Counted from the first letter of the stretch, positions 26,081 to 40,600 are shown. The stretch: DNA of 64,000 bases from Antedon mediterranea (GCF_964355755.1 NC_092673.1:9052001-9116000), one strand, 5' to 3'. Notes: generated by a model not told the origin, from the sequence alone. A program made the numbers and translations.

Positions 26081-27847
26081 TTATTTTACATTCAAATAAT
26101 AATGTAATATGTAAATCCATTTTGGGATTTTCTGAGTAATCTGATAATTAACTTATAGTAGGTAATTTAATTTCGGTATTGATCGACAGATCGAAACTTA
26201 ATTGTCTTTAAGGACACATTCAAAGATTTTATACACTCCATTAGCTACAGGGTGCACGATAAAGTAGTCATTGTTGTGTGAAAACACTTAAAGTGACATA
26301 TTTTCAAGTTGATAATTAATGTCAATGGTTTTAAATACCTCACCCAAGCAATTCTTTCAATAATCTATATAGTAATGCTACTAAATGTTTTGCGTAATTT
26401 TACGTATCTCCTCCAAAACCACTGAAAGATACATGCTCACATTTGGCACACTGATGTTTATTGAGGGGCTGCACGCGATAGGCTGTCACTTTCCTGAATT
26501 ATAAGGGTAAACACTAAAAAAAGGCAAAAAAAAGCAGTAATTTGACGTCTCAGCGACCATGTTACGTCACTGTATAAACTACGCGACCTTCTCTGTTGTG
26601 TACCGCCCCATGACCGGATCTACAAATACCATGCCGGGCCGCTAAATAAAAAGTGAGCAAATCGCTGTGACCATTGATATCAATGTTTAGTACGTTCGAG
26701 TTCGAATCCGCGGCATGGTTAAATCTAAAAATCAAAACTAGACCTCAATCTAATAATCTAATTACAAAACTAGCAAAAGGGATACGAAACCTGACACACA
26801 AAAAGCAAAATATAATAATAAACCATGAAATAAAAAAAAAATGTGAATGACCAAAAAAAAAACAAACAAAAAAAACCACAAATGGATTACGGTAATGAAA
26901 AATTCTGTAAAAAAAAATAATCACAATGAAAAATACACCTGAAATATAGTTTGGTATTTTGCGTTAGTGTCCGCGCGCATCATGCATTTTTGTGTTGATT
27001 TCAAGTCCGTAAGAGGCTGTGGTTTTATTATGCCAATATTCAATCTTAATTCTATAAATTACCAATTCATATGTTATCATTGGAATGTTTTCAACTGCCA
27101 ACTTATTATCAGAGTTCAACCTGCATCTCCCTCTCATGTACATGCATGTTGTTACTTTCTGATGCGCATCCTAGATTAATATTCACACAGCACAATTTTT
27201 CGTTAGCGACTTCCATTTTTGTAAAGTCCTATATTCAGTATTGGTTTTATTTTGTAGCTCATAGTTACTTAAAAGTGAAGGAATACTTGGTGTATAACAA
27301 AATCGATGGCTTTTTATGAGGGAAGAGTGCGCTTATTATGATACTTACTCATCCCATGCGAATTAGTATATAACCATATATCAAAGCCGACAAAGATCGT
27401 GCGGAGCACAGGTTACTGCTAGTATTCTTTAATTATTTATTGTGTAAATTAATTTACTTTCCTCAATATCAAATTTTTCAATTATTCAATAATTCTAATT
27501 ATGATATTATAATAATATATCATTTATATTTTAACAATAAAATATGTGTTATCAAATGACTAAAAATATTAATTTTAATGTTTCCAAACAAATTAATACC
27601 TTCATCAAGAGTGATATTAAACACTACTGTATATGACCATACTGCTATACAGTACATTGTAAACAACATTACCACATCAACATATCAATACAATTCCATT
27701 AACTTATCAATACAGTTTTTTGTTACAATTAAAACAAATCCTCCTCTATTCCTCCTAACAATGATTGACAAATGAATAACAGTTCCTCATATATTATAGG
27801 TGGAATTTGTTTATATGGAATAATAAGTAAAATTACTGAAAGCTTAC

Positions 27848-27903
27848 GTGGAACTTCGAGCTGGAGCACGAACTGGAGGCTCAAAGCGTTGAAAACCAAA
27901 CAT
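27848..27903 (-). CDS. RGS: Candidate alternative first coding exon of RGS (MFGFQRFEPPVRAPARSS-T)
   Basis: ATG at 27903, 56 bp open, gtaagc donor. Phase 2 matches the acceptor at 18565. It is a GC-rich island in AT-rich intron. Confidence 0.5.
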
Positions 27904-29524
27904 ACTGCAATGCTTAAAATGTGAAGCAGTCTAACCACATCCACTCTTACTAATATCTGATCAGAGAGAACGCAAAGATACACAGCCTATGTTTACCCAC
28001 TGAAGCATATAGCATGATGCCTTAATTAAACTAAGTCAGGCCAGTCCACCGCACGTCAAGTGCTCACACAACAAAATTACTCTAACGTTCAATCGCAAAT
28101 TTTCTTCTTTAATACTAAATTAAATAATTGTCTTGTAGTTTGAAATGCATATATTTTTTCACTCCTCAACAAATAAGAGTGTAGAAACGTTTGCTGTATT
28201 TGAAAGTCTTCAAATGCACTGATAGGCATTAGTTGCTTGACAAGACAAAGGTTGTATTAATTACTCTCCAAGCAGCAGGTCGTCGCTAAAAAAACTACAG
28301 CAGTCAGTTTACAATGTACTGTAGATAATCATTTCAACAAAGTAATTTCTGTGTTCATTTGTACTACTAACTTTAAATCTATTAATCCTTTCAATGTTTA
28401 TCATTTTGACAGTTGTGATAGTTGTTTTTACTATTTCTTTTGTCTCGTGGAAGAAAAAAATTGGTTGTGAACGAGCCTCTGTTTTAAAATTTTATTATTT
28501 ATTACAAAACGCCTAAATAAATTCCTGTCATTTGAATGGACGAGTGTGGGTCACATGGCATGCAATAGTATGTACTATTAAACGATCGTTTAATAGTACT
28601 TTTTAAACATTTCTGTACGAAAAAAAAAAATCATTTTGCGGATGAAAAAAAAAATCTAGTGTACTAATTACTGTGGAAAACAATGTGGCACCTATTGTCT
28701 TGCCTCTGTTTTGTTTGTAAACACCACCGACATATGCAGCAGCAGCAGATTTTTGTGTACAATTTCATTCAAAAATGCATTAAAATTAGCTTTAGATCAT
28801 TTTCAGGATTTTGATTAATTAATGGGGGCATTCCTACGAGACGTGGAATCGTTGGAAAAAACATAATTAGCCTAATATGAGTTCCAGTTGCCTGTTGAAG
28901 TTTCGTATTGCTGCAGCCTAGCTGTGCCTATGGGCCTAGGCCTGTTAGTATTATGCTGGCCTAGGCGTTTTAGCCTTGCTAGGCCTAGGATTGTTTGGTC
29001 GTTTGTTGACATAATTAACACTGCAGTAGACGCGTTGTATTTTTTTTTTATATCAAGAAGTGATCAAACGGTAAAAATTAAATGCTTGGGACTAGTTCAT
29101 GTCAATCAATGAAATCTACTACAAATAGAAATGTATTGTAATACAATTATGAAGGAATTCCAGGAATATAAAAAAATTCCCCATCGTTTTAGGAGGGAGT
29201 GAGAGTATATTCAAAGCTGGCCATTTATTTGAATAAATATTATTCATCTGTCATTCATCTTAATTAATAAATTAATACAATCTTTTCTCATGACTTCTCA
29301 AGCATAGAATCTTTTTTGTGAAAATATACAGGCAACACCTTTAATTTCATAGTAAATGTTTTTCCTGGCACTAAATTAAAATTTAGATCCCATTTCATCA
29401 TAATAATAACTAGTAACGTTATAGAATTCCAGGGTTGGAAGAGCCTATGTAAATTGACTGCAGCGTAAAATTAACCAGCATCCAACAATACCACTAACAA
29501 TTTACCGGCGGTCAGCGTATATTA

Positions 29525-32500
29525 TAGTACAGGAAAACTATGAAATATGGTTGAAAAAATTGCAACAGAATTTATTTCACCACAATGCATTTCTATAAGG
29601 TACCTATATGAACATACTAAAAGTCTAGAAAAATCCAGTTTAAACAAAATGGCCGCCAATGGCGAAAATGCCTAAAAAAGGACAAAAAAAACATAAATGA
29701 TAGATCTAATTACCACTTTATAACAGTTTTTACAATGGTTTATATATTTCTTTACAGTTTCGAAGATCTGAACTACAATATACACATTATTTTAAGTGCT
29801 GTTAATTAGAAAATGGCCGCAAAACAAATGTTTAAGTATCTAGATATATCCCTATTGTTATAATATATAAAACGCAGTCCTTCCTATGCTTAATGCATAG
29901 GATTACGGTGTCTAATAATAAATCAGTTCATTTACATTTGTACTGTTATAACAATATATCACAACATTGGTGGTGCCAGTGGGGAGGGGTATAGGGATGG
30001 GAGATCATATGGGAAGAGTGAGGGAGTATATGTAGACAATATGATGATATTTCCTAATATAAAACAATACCCCATTGAGTGCTGTTTCAAGGATTTTCAT
30101 TTTTAAAAGTGACTAAAACTACCCTTTACTGGGTGCACTCCCATTGATGGCCCAGCCAATTGATGCTAGTTGCGCGCGCACACTCCCCCCCCCCTCCTCA
30201 TTGGGAAAATCCTTGCACCATCACTGGACTACAATCTATTACCGTATTTATTCGTATAAACGCTACGTTTAGAAAAATCAAATAAACCCCTCCCCCGCCC
30301 CCATCGGACATCATTTTGAATTTATTTCCTCGAATGTACGCCGCGCCACATGCATATTATACACAATATTGTATTTTAACACATCTCTATTTGTAATAGA
30401 ATTTACTGAATGACATGACGGTGTTGTATTTGTTCATATCTAAAGGGTGTATTTATTTGATTATACATGTTACCACATTACACCCAAAAAAATAAACGCC
30501 TCTCCAATAAACTCCTCACGACGATTATACGCCCCCACTACCCTCCTTAAAAATCAACCACCAAGGGCATTTATTCAAATAAATGCGGTAATTTCACTTT
30601 CATCTTGTCAGTATCTCATCCTCCATCTATTGGTGGGGAATTGAGCATGTGCTGATGCAGTGGCATTCTTAAAAAATAGTGGAGCAGCAGTCAAAACCAT
30701 ATTTTCTGCAACTGCAATTCATTTTACTACAACCTTATTTACAGGTACATCTAATCTACTTTAATAGTTTTTCTGGTGCTGGTAGTAAATTTGTCATCAA
30801 TACTTTCCATCCCTAGTCTGTGGGTTGAAGAGTATTTCCTATCCACTGCTATACCTGGTAATAAAGACTCACAAAATGAAATTTTGCAGCAAGGGAATAG
30901 ATTTGCTTTTTGCAACTTTCTCAAAGAAAAGTAGGCTGTCTAAAGTCTCCATTGACTTCCCTCCATATATAGCTACCAATGCCAAATTCCTAATGCAATG
31001 TTTTCTTTTTTTGGAAACTGTTTGGTTTACAGAATTTAACGTACAACTCCAACTGTGATGTGATGATTTTTAAGACCAACACCTTTTCCTAAACCAAATT
31101 TACTTACGGCCCATAATTATAGCCATTAAACACAAGAGTTTACTTTGCCTTCACATAACGTAACAAACATATGGTACATAATAAATGTCTTGGAATGTTG
31201 CTGTTTCGGGCCAAGAGGTTTGATGTAGCAGTGCTCCCCCATTGATAACATACAGTGAGCAGTGAGATGAAGGTTTCTGAGTAGTCTAGCAGTATGTATG
31301 GAGTCAATGGTGCAAAAGAGGGCTGGACAGCAAGAAAAGTACAAGGTTCTTTTTCAACAAATGATGCATTGTGTATGACTGTCTCTCATAGCCATCAATG
31401 ATGAAATAGTATATGTGAGGGAATGTGCACTGATTCTCTATTGATGAATATGGTTGATTTTGACCCATGTGTAATATTATGTTCTTTCCTCTTAAATTAA
31501 TATCCTGTCACGGTTGCTTCATTCATTGATTTAATACCGTATGTTCTTGATCGGGGAGCACTGTGAATGCATGTAAAGTCTTTCCTTGGTGTGGAGCTCT
31601 GTGAAAATTAATTTGCTTTTTATACATGGAATCCAGGGATGTGATACTACATCCCATCTATTTGGTATAGGAAAAGGTGTTAGTCTTAAAAAGTCTTAAC
31701 ACCTAGGCAGTAGTATGCTTACAAACTCTGTAAAACCAAACATCTCCAAAAAAAAAGAAACCATCGCATCACAGGAATTGGCATTGGTAGCTATATATTG
31801 TATGGAGGAATACGTTCTGGAAGAAAGTAGCAAAAACCAAAACAGCACTTGAAATAAAGTCTATTCACCCAACAACAAATTCTACAAAATGTCATTCCCT
31901 GCGTGTATATTACCATGGTACAGCAGTGGATAGAAAATACTCTTCAACCCACAGACTGGGGGATGGAAAGTTACAAATGGCGTGATGTGTCCATTGATGA
32001 CAAATTTACCACCAGTACCACTGTTTGTGAAGGCATCAGCACATACTCAATTCCTACCTATAGACAGAGGATGATAACTGGACAATGAAAATGAATGGAT
32101 TAATAGATTGTAAGATTGTATAATTCTATTGTTGTGACAGTACAAATGTAAATGAACTGTTTTATTAGACACCGTAGTCCTGCATTATAATGCATAGGAC
32201 TACTTTGTCTATTATTATAACCGTGGTGATATCTTGATACTTAAATGTGTTTTTGCTGCTAAATAGCACTTAAATTAATATGTATATTGCAGTTTTAAAT
32301 GTTTGACACTAAAGAAATATAAAAAGCATTATAAAAACTGCTATCAAGTGGTAATTAGATATACAATATATGTTTTTTGTTCATTTTTAGACATTTTTCG
32401 CCATTGGCGGCCATTTTGTTTAAAAAAACCTATTTCCCCTACCTGGATTTTTCTAGACTTTTAGTATGTTCATATAGGGACCTTATAGAAATGCATTGTG

Positions 32501-32566
32501 GTGAAACAAATTCCGTTGCAATTTTTTCAACCTTTTACTAATTCTGAGCATATCTTTCCTGTACTA
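29525..32566. mobile_element. Academ-derived foldback: two decayed 3' arms joined head-to-head
   Basis: Termini are TAGTACAGGAAA...TTTCCTGTACTA with ~430-bp imperfect inverted ends. The + arm encodes HGIQGCDTTSHLFGIGKG and HSLRVYY..QQW..TLQPTDWGWK. The - arm encodes INGGALLHQTSWP, VFNGY, the same GKG/QPTD region and a Cys-rich C-terminus (IRCTCK.GCS..NCSCRKYG). Confidence 0.75.
30242..30588. mobile_element. Tc2/pogo-type MITE nested in the Academ relic
   Basis: TA-ccgtatttattcgtataaacgc ... gcatttattcaaataaatgcgg-TA, imperfect TIRs. Confidence 0.65.
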
Positions 32567-35345
32567 TAGCTATGTTTCTAAACATGCTCAGAATGAATTT
32601 CTGACTGTTTTGATTGCTTGTGCATGTTATGAGAAGGTACGACACACTGTGTTCGTGGAAAAATCCATCATATGGGTCTATTTGCTATTTACGGCTCTGG
32701 ACTCTTGGGCAGCCCACTTCAAATAGTTCTGCGACCGCCCCTGAGATGATGGCAGGTTACTGGTTTAATTACTTAATGAAGATTAAATAAATACAATTCC
32801 AACACTCACTAGAGACAGATTTTTTTCCCCTTTTTTAAGTTGGAATAGTAAAATAAATATTATTAAATACATTTTTTGTTTTAAGCTACAGGAACATATA
32901 GACAAAACTACAATTACTGAATTGTTAAGCAAGAACGTTAACTCAAGCTCTTAATTAAATCTACAATTAAATTACACATTTTAACTTTCTTTCAATTAAT
33001 TCTACAAAACGTAGACACAAAATTAGTGACAAATTAATTCATTTTGTGGTTTATGTTATAGAAGTATCTGTCAATAGGTATTTATATAAGTGATGAAACA
33101 ATCAGAATATCAGACTGTAAATTGTAACATAAACACTTTCAAGTCAATAACATAACTAAAAGAGTACAAACATTAAGTAACAGGATTGAAATTGTGTTGG
33201 GAATTTGTAGACATTGGTACTACTAATACACATAACCAAATTTAAGGCTGGTTGCATCAGAGAAGTTCCTTGATCACCACCTATTGATGAGTACCATTAA
33301 TCTAGTTAATATTAATGCACTGGAAGCCCGTTCTGTGTGAAAGGAATAATAATTTTTGTAAATATCATTGTTTTATTATCAATATATTTATTATCCTGGT
33401 GACTCATCGCAGTGCAGCATATTTTCTATTCAAAGTAAAAAAAATAAAAAATAAAAAAAGTACATCCAGTATGCCAAAATATCACAATTGAAATAAAAAC
33501 AATACTACACAAATGCAGTAAGTTTTAAAAAATAAGTTCAAACATTTAGGTCATACTGTACATGTAGTATTATTTTAAATTACTTTCATATATGAGCTAT
33601 TTATTTGTTAGTTTGTTATCGTTCTGTCCATCCCTCTAAATATATACTGAACAGAGCTGATTTTGCTTTTCTCAAAAATGATAAGTCAACCTAAACTTCA
33701 TAAAATGAAACACACATATTATATACATTTATAAGTATCCATATTATTACAATACATTAAATAAACAAATTAGTGAATTAATATATTTCCTTTTGTTTTC
33801 TTGCAGGTATTAATTAATTAATTAGAGACACATTCCCTACATTTTTTGATCTAATTTAGGTAAAGCCTATTTTTCAGTTGACGTTATTCAATGCTATCGT
33901 CGTTGATCGTTAAAAGTTCAACAATGATCTATTGAAAACAATCAAGTTGAAATGTTAATGAACATTTGATTTAGAGCGTTAAATGTTGGAGTTGAAACTC
34001 CTGTCTCCTTCCTCAACGTTGTAACATATTAAATGACAAATTAAATTCTTTTATCCGATCTCAGAATAAGATACCAATTGAAAATTTGAGAGATGTCTCC
34101 CACTTTTTATGATGTAGGCCTACAGCCTAAGCTACTAGATAGGACTCCCCTGTCTAGTCGGCTCACAGAAGTGTATGAGACGTAACCTAGGACCACTTTA
34201 CTATATCTATACTGATGGTTCTTCATTTTTAGTAGGCCTAGTCTGATCCTAATAGAATTTTGGACTAGGCTGAAGACTTAGCCCTACCTAATAGCACGCT
34301 TCCTTTTCAAAACATCATTATAAATATAGTCTTTGGTTAGGCCTAGCTTTGACCGCACTACGATGCAATGACAGTCAACGACCACAACTTTTTTCGTTGG
34401 TTACTGCAGATTCTTGTAAATCGCTGAAATTTTGTGTAGTCGGTAGTTTAAAAAGTACCTTTTCATGTAAATCGTTAAAATATCAATGTTTATGTAGAAG
34501 ATCGGGACTATTGTTAACGATAGCATTGAATAACGTTTCCCCCAACCACAACCCCCCTCACACCTACACCAAGGCGGCTATAGGCAAGGATTTTTGGATG
34601 GATTTTTTTTAATTGTGTAATAATATTGGCATGTGAATGAAAAAAAATGTTTGGTGGCACGTATGAAAATGATTTTTTAATCTTGTGAAACAAAATTAAA
34701 AGATGAATAGATACCAATATATATATATATATATATTTAAAAAATATTATATTATTTAAAAGTATCCCGAGAAACTAAAAGAAAAGGTTGAAAAAGTTGG
34801 AATTAAAAAAAAATATTATTCCATTCAAACACATTTGGTTACATCATTTGAATTTGTTTTAATTAAGTTAAACAGTAAGTAATTTAACATACTGATGCAA
34901 CCTGCTAGTACACTTTAAAAACCAAATGCAATACTTGGCCTAATTTCAAGAAGGGAAACTCCCTTAAAAGATGACATCACAAACAGCAAAAGTCATCTTG
35001 AGTTTAAGATAGATCATAAAATCAAATGAACATCCTGTAGAATTGATTGTTGTTTCTTGTAAATGACATTGACTATTTATTCTGTATGCATACAATATCA
35101 ATTACATTAAGTGTCTAAACATTATAGCCAGCACTATGGTAACAAAACCACCATATGTGTCATTCTTGACACACTCCACACCAGTATTAATATTATTTTA
35201 TTTAATATTTCAATCAACACTGAATTGTTGCAGTTTAAAATCCAACAGAAATTGTGTTTTTTTTAAAGTACCAATTACCTGGGGTGGGTATGATATGTAT
35301 GCTTTAATTAATCATATTATTGAAACTTGCTGTATCAACAATATA

Positions 35346-35440
35346 CCGTATATTTCGGTGTATAAGACGCACCCCTAACTGAGAGTAAAATATCGGTATT
35401 TTTTATATCGTCGATGTATAAGACGCACTTTATATTTCAT
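35346..35440. mobile_element. Left terminus of a Tc2/pogo-type element
   Basis: TA-ccgtatatttcggtgtataagacgcac with a second subterminal gtataagacgcac. No right end found. Confidence 0.5.
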
Positions 35441-36527
35441 CAAAACAATGTTTTTTTTAAATTGTAATCAATATTATTGTAATAATATATTGTTATATCT
35501 ACAACGGAGTCCTTTATTTAGGGGTTTTCTTACCTAGGCTCGGCTGCGCCCAGCCTCAACAAGTTCTTTCTAACTTGTTATTCATGAGTTTCGCCGCAAC
35601 ATCGAGTGCATGACCGTGTGTGTAACACGTACGCGTGTGTGGGCTAGCCTTGCTCGATCATTTCGAGAGAGCGCACGTTTTCATGGACAATCGTATTCGA
35701 TTAGTATCTATGTATCTGAGAAGTGTATACGCTAGGTCCATGCTATAATCAACTGGAGAATATACTAGTCGAATACCATAGACCATGTGGCCGCCAAGAA
35801 GGGCTTGCGCTGGGGGGTACGGCGGTCGGCGATCGTGCGTATAACTATAAATAAATACTAGGCCTAGGCCTATTCCAATCGTAAACGTTTACAAATGAAA
35901 TTTTATCGGGAGCGCCTAAAACAGCTCCATAATGAACAAATCTTTTCATCATATTTAGTATAACATCATGCTAAAATGCCTTGAAAACTAGGCAGAAGCA
36001 GGTTGCCGTTACGTTAGTACACTGTAGCTAGCCTATAGCATTTTCAAATCAAGTATCAGCTAAGGACGTAACCTATAAATGTCTACTCAGGATATTTCCT
36101 ACTAAACCAACAATAACAGGTGCATATAAAACCTAACAGGGAAAGAGAAGATAATATTGTAACAATTAATACATGAATGCTATGTTTTGTATTGGGTTTT
36201 ATCAGAAGAATACATTTGGTTGTTGTCTGCTTATTTCAGAGTAGTCAAGCCAATAGGAATGTGATTCAATTGTCAAGTGTTTACGTCAAACAGCTATTAG
36301 GCACACTGTTAAAGTTATCATCAGAGAACATATTTTTATCTGACTAGAAATTAGCACATTGGCAATTTCACAAAGAATTTCTATTTATCTACATACAGTT
36401 ACCTACCTAAATGAATAAGAATGATAACAATTTAAAAAAAATATTTATTGAAATTAAATCAAAAAAGTAGGCTAACCAATCATATAATGACTGACTATAA
36501 TGACTAATGATATTTGTTCATTTGGTG

Positions 36528-36612
36528 ATTACCTCCGCCAAGGAGGTTATGTAGTTGATTGCATATGTTTGTCTGTCTTTCTGTTTGTTAGCAGGATTAC
36601 TCAAAAAGTTAA
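36528..36612 (+). mobile_element. 5' end of a HINE/DINE-1-like (Helentron-associated) element
   Basis: attacctccgccaaggaggttat hairpin followed by gtttgtctgtctttctgtttgttagcaggattac (GTCT-type microsatellite). The same hairpin recurs at 56623-56645. Confidence 0.5.
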
Positions 36613-36934
36613 AATGATATGACCCTGCATGGTTAATTAAGCACCACTGGAGATGATCAAGATCAGCTTATAAGAACACAAGGCACATCTATTAAATAGG
36701 CCAAAAAACTCCAAATTTTTATTTATGAAAGAATTATACTAAATAGGCACAACAAAAATGTATATTTATTTTCTCTAAAATTAATTTAAAAGGTTAAGGT
36801 CACAATACACAAAAAAAACTATTTATTACTTATTGTCTACAGTGTTGAACTTAGGATCATAGTAAAAAATATTATTATAATTAAAAAATAATAAATAAAA
36901 TATTAATAAAAATAATGATGCTGAAAAAAAATAT

Positions 36935-37003
36935 TCCTAAGCAGGAATTGAACCAGGGATCTCAACTGTGAAAGGCTTGATACATAACCATTACACCAAA
37001 CTC
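36935..37003 (-). pseudogene. Degenerate tRNA-like sequence (TTC anticodon-like), probably a SINE-head relic
   Basis: tggtgtaatggtta (A box) ... ctttcac ... ggttcaattcc (B box). The acceptor and anticodon stems do not pair properly. Confidence 0.4.
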
Positions 37004-39219
37004 ACATTCCCAAGTTTGTAGTTAAATCAGCATAATCACACACAGCATTCAAAATAAACTAGAATTTGACATTTAATTTTAATTCTGAAGAGCCATAAAA
37101 TACAGTATAGGTGAAATTACACGACCTATGTTTTTAGGTGTTAGGCGTGATGACGTCATCAAAATGAAAGTGGTGGAAACTCATGAAAAAGATAATTGAG
37201 CAAGCACATATTAAAATTGAGGAAAAATTGGGTCCAAATAAACAAGATGCGCTCTGTTAGATGTAATATCTATGAAGAAAGAGAAAAATCATAATTATTA
37301 AATTCAAGTGGCCATTTGATGACGTCACAACATTTTGTACGTCAAATGTGTACATGAATTCATATCTTCCAGAATAAGTTAAAACAATTGGGGGTCATCA
37401 TGTATTCTGAAGAATTATTTTCATTTTAAAAATGGCTTTTTTTAAATAGAATGTGATTTGTACAAAAACTTGTATTTTTTACACTTACTAAGTATCTCGC
37501 ACGCAAAAAAGTGTTTATGCGCAGTAATTTAAAAATGCTCTAAACTGATCAAAACATAATTTTCAGCTTTTTAAATTTTTAATCCGCGATTTCACGCACA
37601 TGACCATACTTGCGCATGCATTTTTTTGGTTAATATTTTTACCATTGACCTGAAGTTTATGTATAGTGAAGTTGATTGATATGTAATGATGAGATATGAG
37701 ACTGATAATGGGATTTCACAAAATGGCCTATAAATGACGTCACGGAGGAGTGATCACGCTGAATTATTTTAAAGATATTGAAATTTAGGTGATAATTACC
37801 TTTCGAGATGAGTGTTACACAAAAATTGAACAGAAAGACACAAATAATATTAATAATAATCAAGATTTCATACAATAATAAAAATACTCTAAATGATCAC
37901 CTAAAAATATATATATTTTTGGGAGAAATCTTATGTAGAGAAATTTTAAAATAATTCGGAAAGATCGAATTATTGTAAAATAAAGAAGGATTTTCCTTGT
38001 TATCACTTTTCATACATATTAATACTGTAGTTCAAAATATACTACAAAAAGTAATTACATTATTGGTATCTGGTCAATATATATTCTGTATGTCTTTGAA
38101 TGTGTTAGAATTATTTCTATAATTCAACTTCAATAAATAATCAATGACATGTAAGTATGTCACTGCTTGAGATGTAGACCGTATAAATCCATGTGGAAAA
38201 TCCTTTAAAGTATATGTGTGTTCTATATCTCTTTAAGCTTTTTTTGTATCTTGCATCAGATAAAACATTTCTGATTATTTTAATAGTATCTTTGAGAGTA
38301 ATAACAACGAAATGGCAACAATTCAGTACATTCAGCATTCATTGTCACAAAATCATTTCAATCAACATTTGTAACATCTTATATTTAGGCCATGTAAAAA
38401 GTATAAATCGTAATCAATAATATTAATCATCTTTTCTAAAACAAGTTTTTGGTTTTTTTTAAAATAAATTTAATTCATTGGATACCACTGATCGGAGAGG
38501 GACAAAATGAGGTGAATGTTATGTTTGATTGACTTACTTTATTCAAATGCTTAATGTGTTATTTAAACACAATGAAATCTGAATATGATTTTCTATAGAA
38601 ATAGCTTTTATAACTGGGACTTTCCCAGTTAATCCGTCTTTCCAGTTCACTGGCAAGGGGAATCGAGCTCATTCAGATGAGCTGCCTTTTTTTATGTGGC
38701 CTTATAATAGCATGCTTTTCAGTACAGTAGTATCATTTATTTTGTCTAATACTATAACTATATTGATTGTTTAGGTTTCTTTGTGGGGCTCCTTAGAACC
38801 AAAATACTTCAAATTGGGTTAGAATTATAACATTTGGTAATTTGGCAACTCAAGATTTAAGAGGCCATTTAAAATTTGAACTTTGACCTCATAATAATGT
38901 CCAATTCCCTGTAAACCATACATCCTAGTAACACGAGAATAATGGCAAATGATGCAAAATTACTACTTTCCATTCATGTTTAATAGAAACATATGCATTT
39001 AACTCAATACTATAAGTATAAGATTTATTTTAAAATAATAGATCTGAACATACAGTATTATGACATTTTACCATGTTGACATTAAGTATTAACTATTAGT
39101 GTTAACATCACCACTACACCAATAATGTAAACAAAAATAGATGGAAATCATTCATTTTTTATTAACTGCTAGTATCTTAATTTAAAATTATACTGGTAAA
39201 ATTATAAACAAGCCCTCAT

Positions 39220-39535
39220 TGCTCATGGCGCTGCCAAAAATATCAGAAAATGTGAGTTTTAAATAGCGACTTAAAGGTTCTCAATATTGATGTTTGTTTA
39301 ATGTTTAAAGACAGAGCCTGGTCCAGAAATACTGAAAGTCTGATCTCTCCAACTATGTTTGCTCCTCGGAATATCCAGTAGCACCTGATGACTAGATAGT
39401 TCTCGCTTTCTCTCCTTGATTGTCAATAATTTTGAGAGGTATTTGGGAGCGCAACTATTTAGGCTTCGGAAAACCAGCAGCAGGATCTTAAATTGAACAC
39501 ACGACTCCATGGGTAGCCAATGTAACTCTTTTTAA
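39220..39535 (-). mobile_element. L2-clade LINE 3' fragment
   Basis: LHWLPMESCVQFKILLLVFRSLNSCAPKYLSKLL...LLDIPRSK...FSISGP, the same protein region as 11590-11981. Confidence 0.75.
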
Positions 39536-40254
39536 CTATGGTTTAATCTTCTGTAAAACATTATACCCGTATCATGCATTTTCCAGGTCTATATTCCTAA
39601 AAGTGTTTTCGTCCCTGGGATCTATGTGCTCAAGTCAAGAAATAAGCCTTACAATAACAACATTCTTTTTACTGTACGTTCTTCACCATAGTCTATTCCA
39701 AACTTTCTGAAGATCAATGTTACCATGTAGGAATTTGTGCAGATTTTGTAATTAAAATTGTGTATCTAGAATGGTTTGAGCAGTTAGCACAAAATACTGT
39801 ATTTTGATTATGTTAACAATAGCTTCTCTGGTAAAATATGGATGGCGAGCTTTTACAAATAACTTGGTAAAAAGTCTTTCACTTTTACACTGACTAAATT
39901 GAGCACAGTCTTTTGAATTTTGAGACAGCAGATTTCTGCGACTGTATTTGCCTTTTAAGTAAATCTTTGTGAGAGGACTGGATTACATTTATTTTTTAAT
40001 TTAGATTCACACAGCATAAAATGTAGTGATGATGTTAGATCACCAATGACTAAACGTCAACACTGTAAATATAATAGTGCACTTTTTTCCAATCTATTAT
40101 TCTAAAATAACTCTTATAGAAGTATTGAGAAATATAAATAGAAAGTGTTACTTCTGCATCAGTTTCCATTATTTTCGTGTTTCTAAGAGTGTTTAGGAGT
40201 TCTGAGAAATCGGACATTATTTGAGGACAAATTTTAAATGGCCTCAAATCTTAA

Positions 40255-40600
40255 AGATGTATTGTCCCCCTGAAAAATAATTCTTAAAAAAATGTTTGTT
40301 GAATATTCCATTTTAATGTAACTTAATAGTTGTCCACATTGACAAAAAATTGGATCGAAAAAAAATGTATTTACCTGAAAAAATGTAATTTAATGCAAAA
40401 AAATGGTCAAATTGGCTGCCAGCAAATGGATTTTTGGTTGAATTTTACCATTTATTTTGTCATTTTATAAGTGAAAACATAATTTTTTTCGTTTTTTTTT
40501 TCTATTGAAGTGATTAACTTGATTAAAACTACAAAATAACTTATTCAAAGTCTGATTGAATTAATCTTCATTTTTCATGTTTTTAGGGGACAATACATCT
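40255..40600 (+). mobile_element. Kolobok-like MITE family K, full-length copy
   Basis: TTAA TSD at 40251-54 and 40601-04. TIR AGATGTATTGTCCCC / GGGGACAATACATCT. RR...YY termini with TTAA fit Kolobok rather than piggyBac. Confidence 0.85.

Noticed and set aside
27729-27983. 84-aa hydrophobic ORF
   Set aside because: It has a non-ATG start and no recognisable motif. A different frame of the same DNA gives the phase-2 RGS candidate exon.
36935-37003. Functional tRNA-Glu gene
   Set aside because: The acceptor and anticodon stems do not pair. Kept only as a relic.
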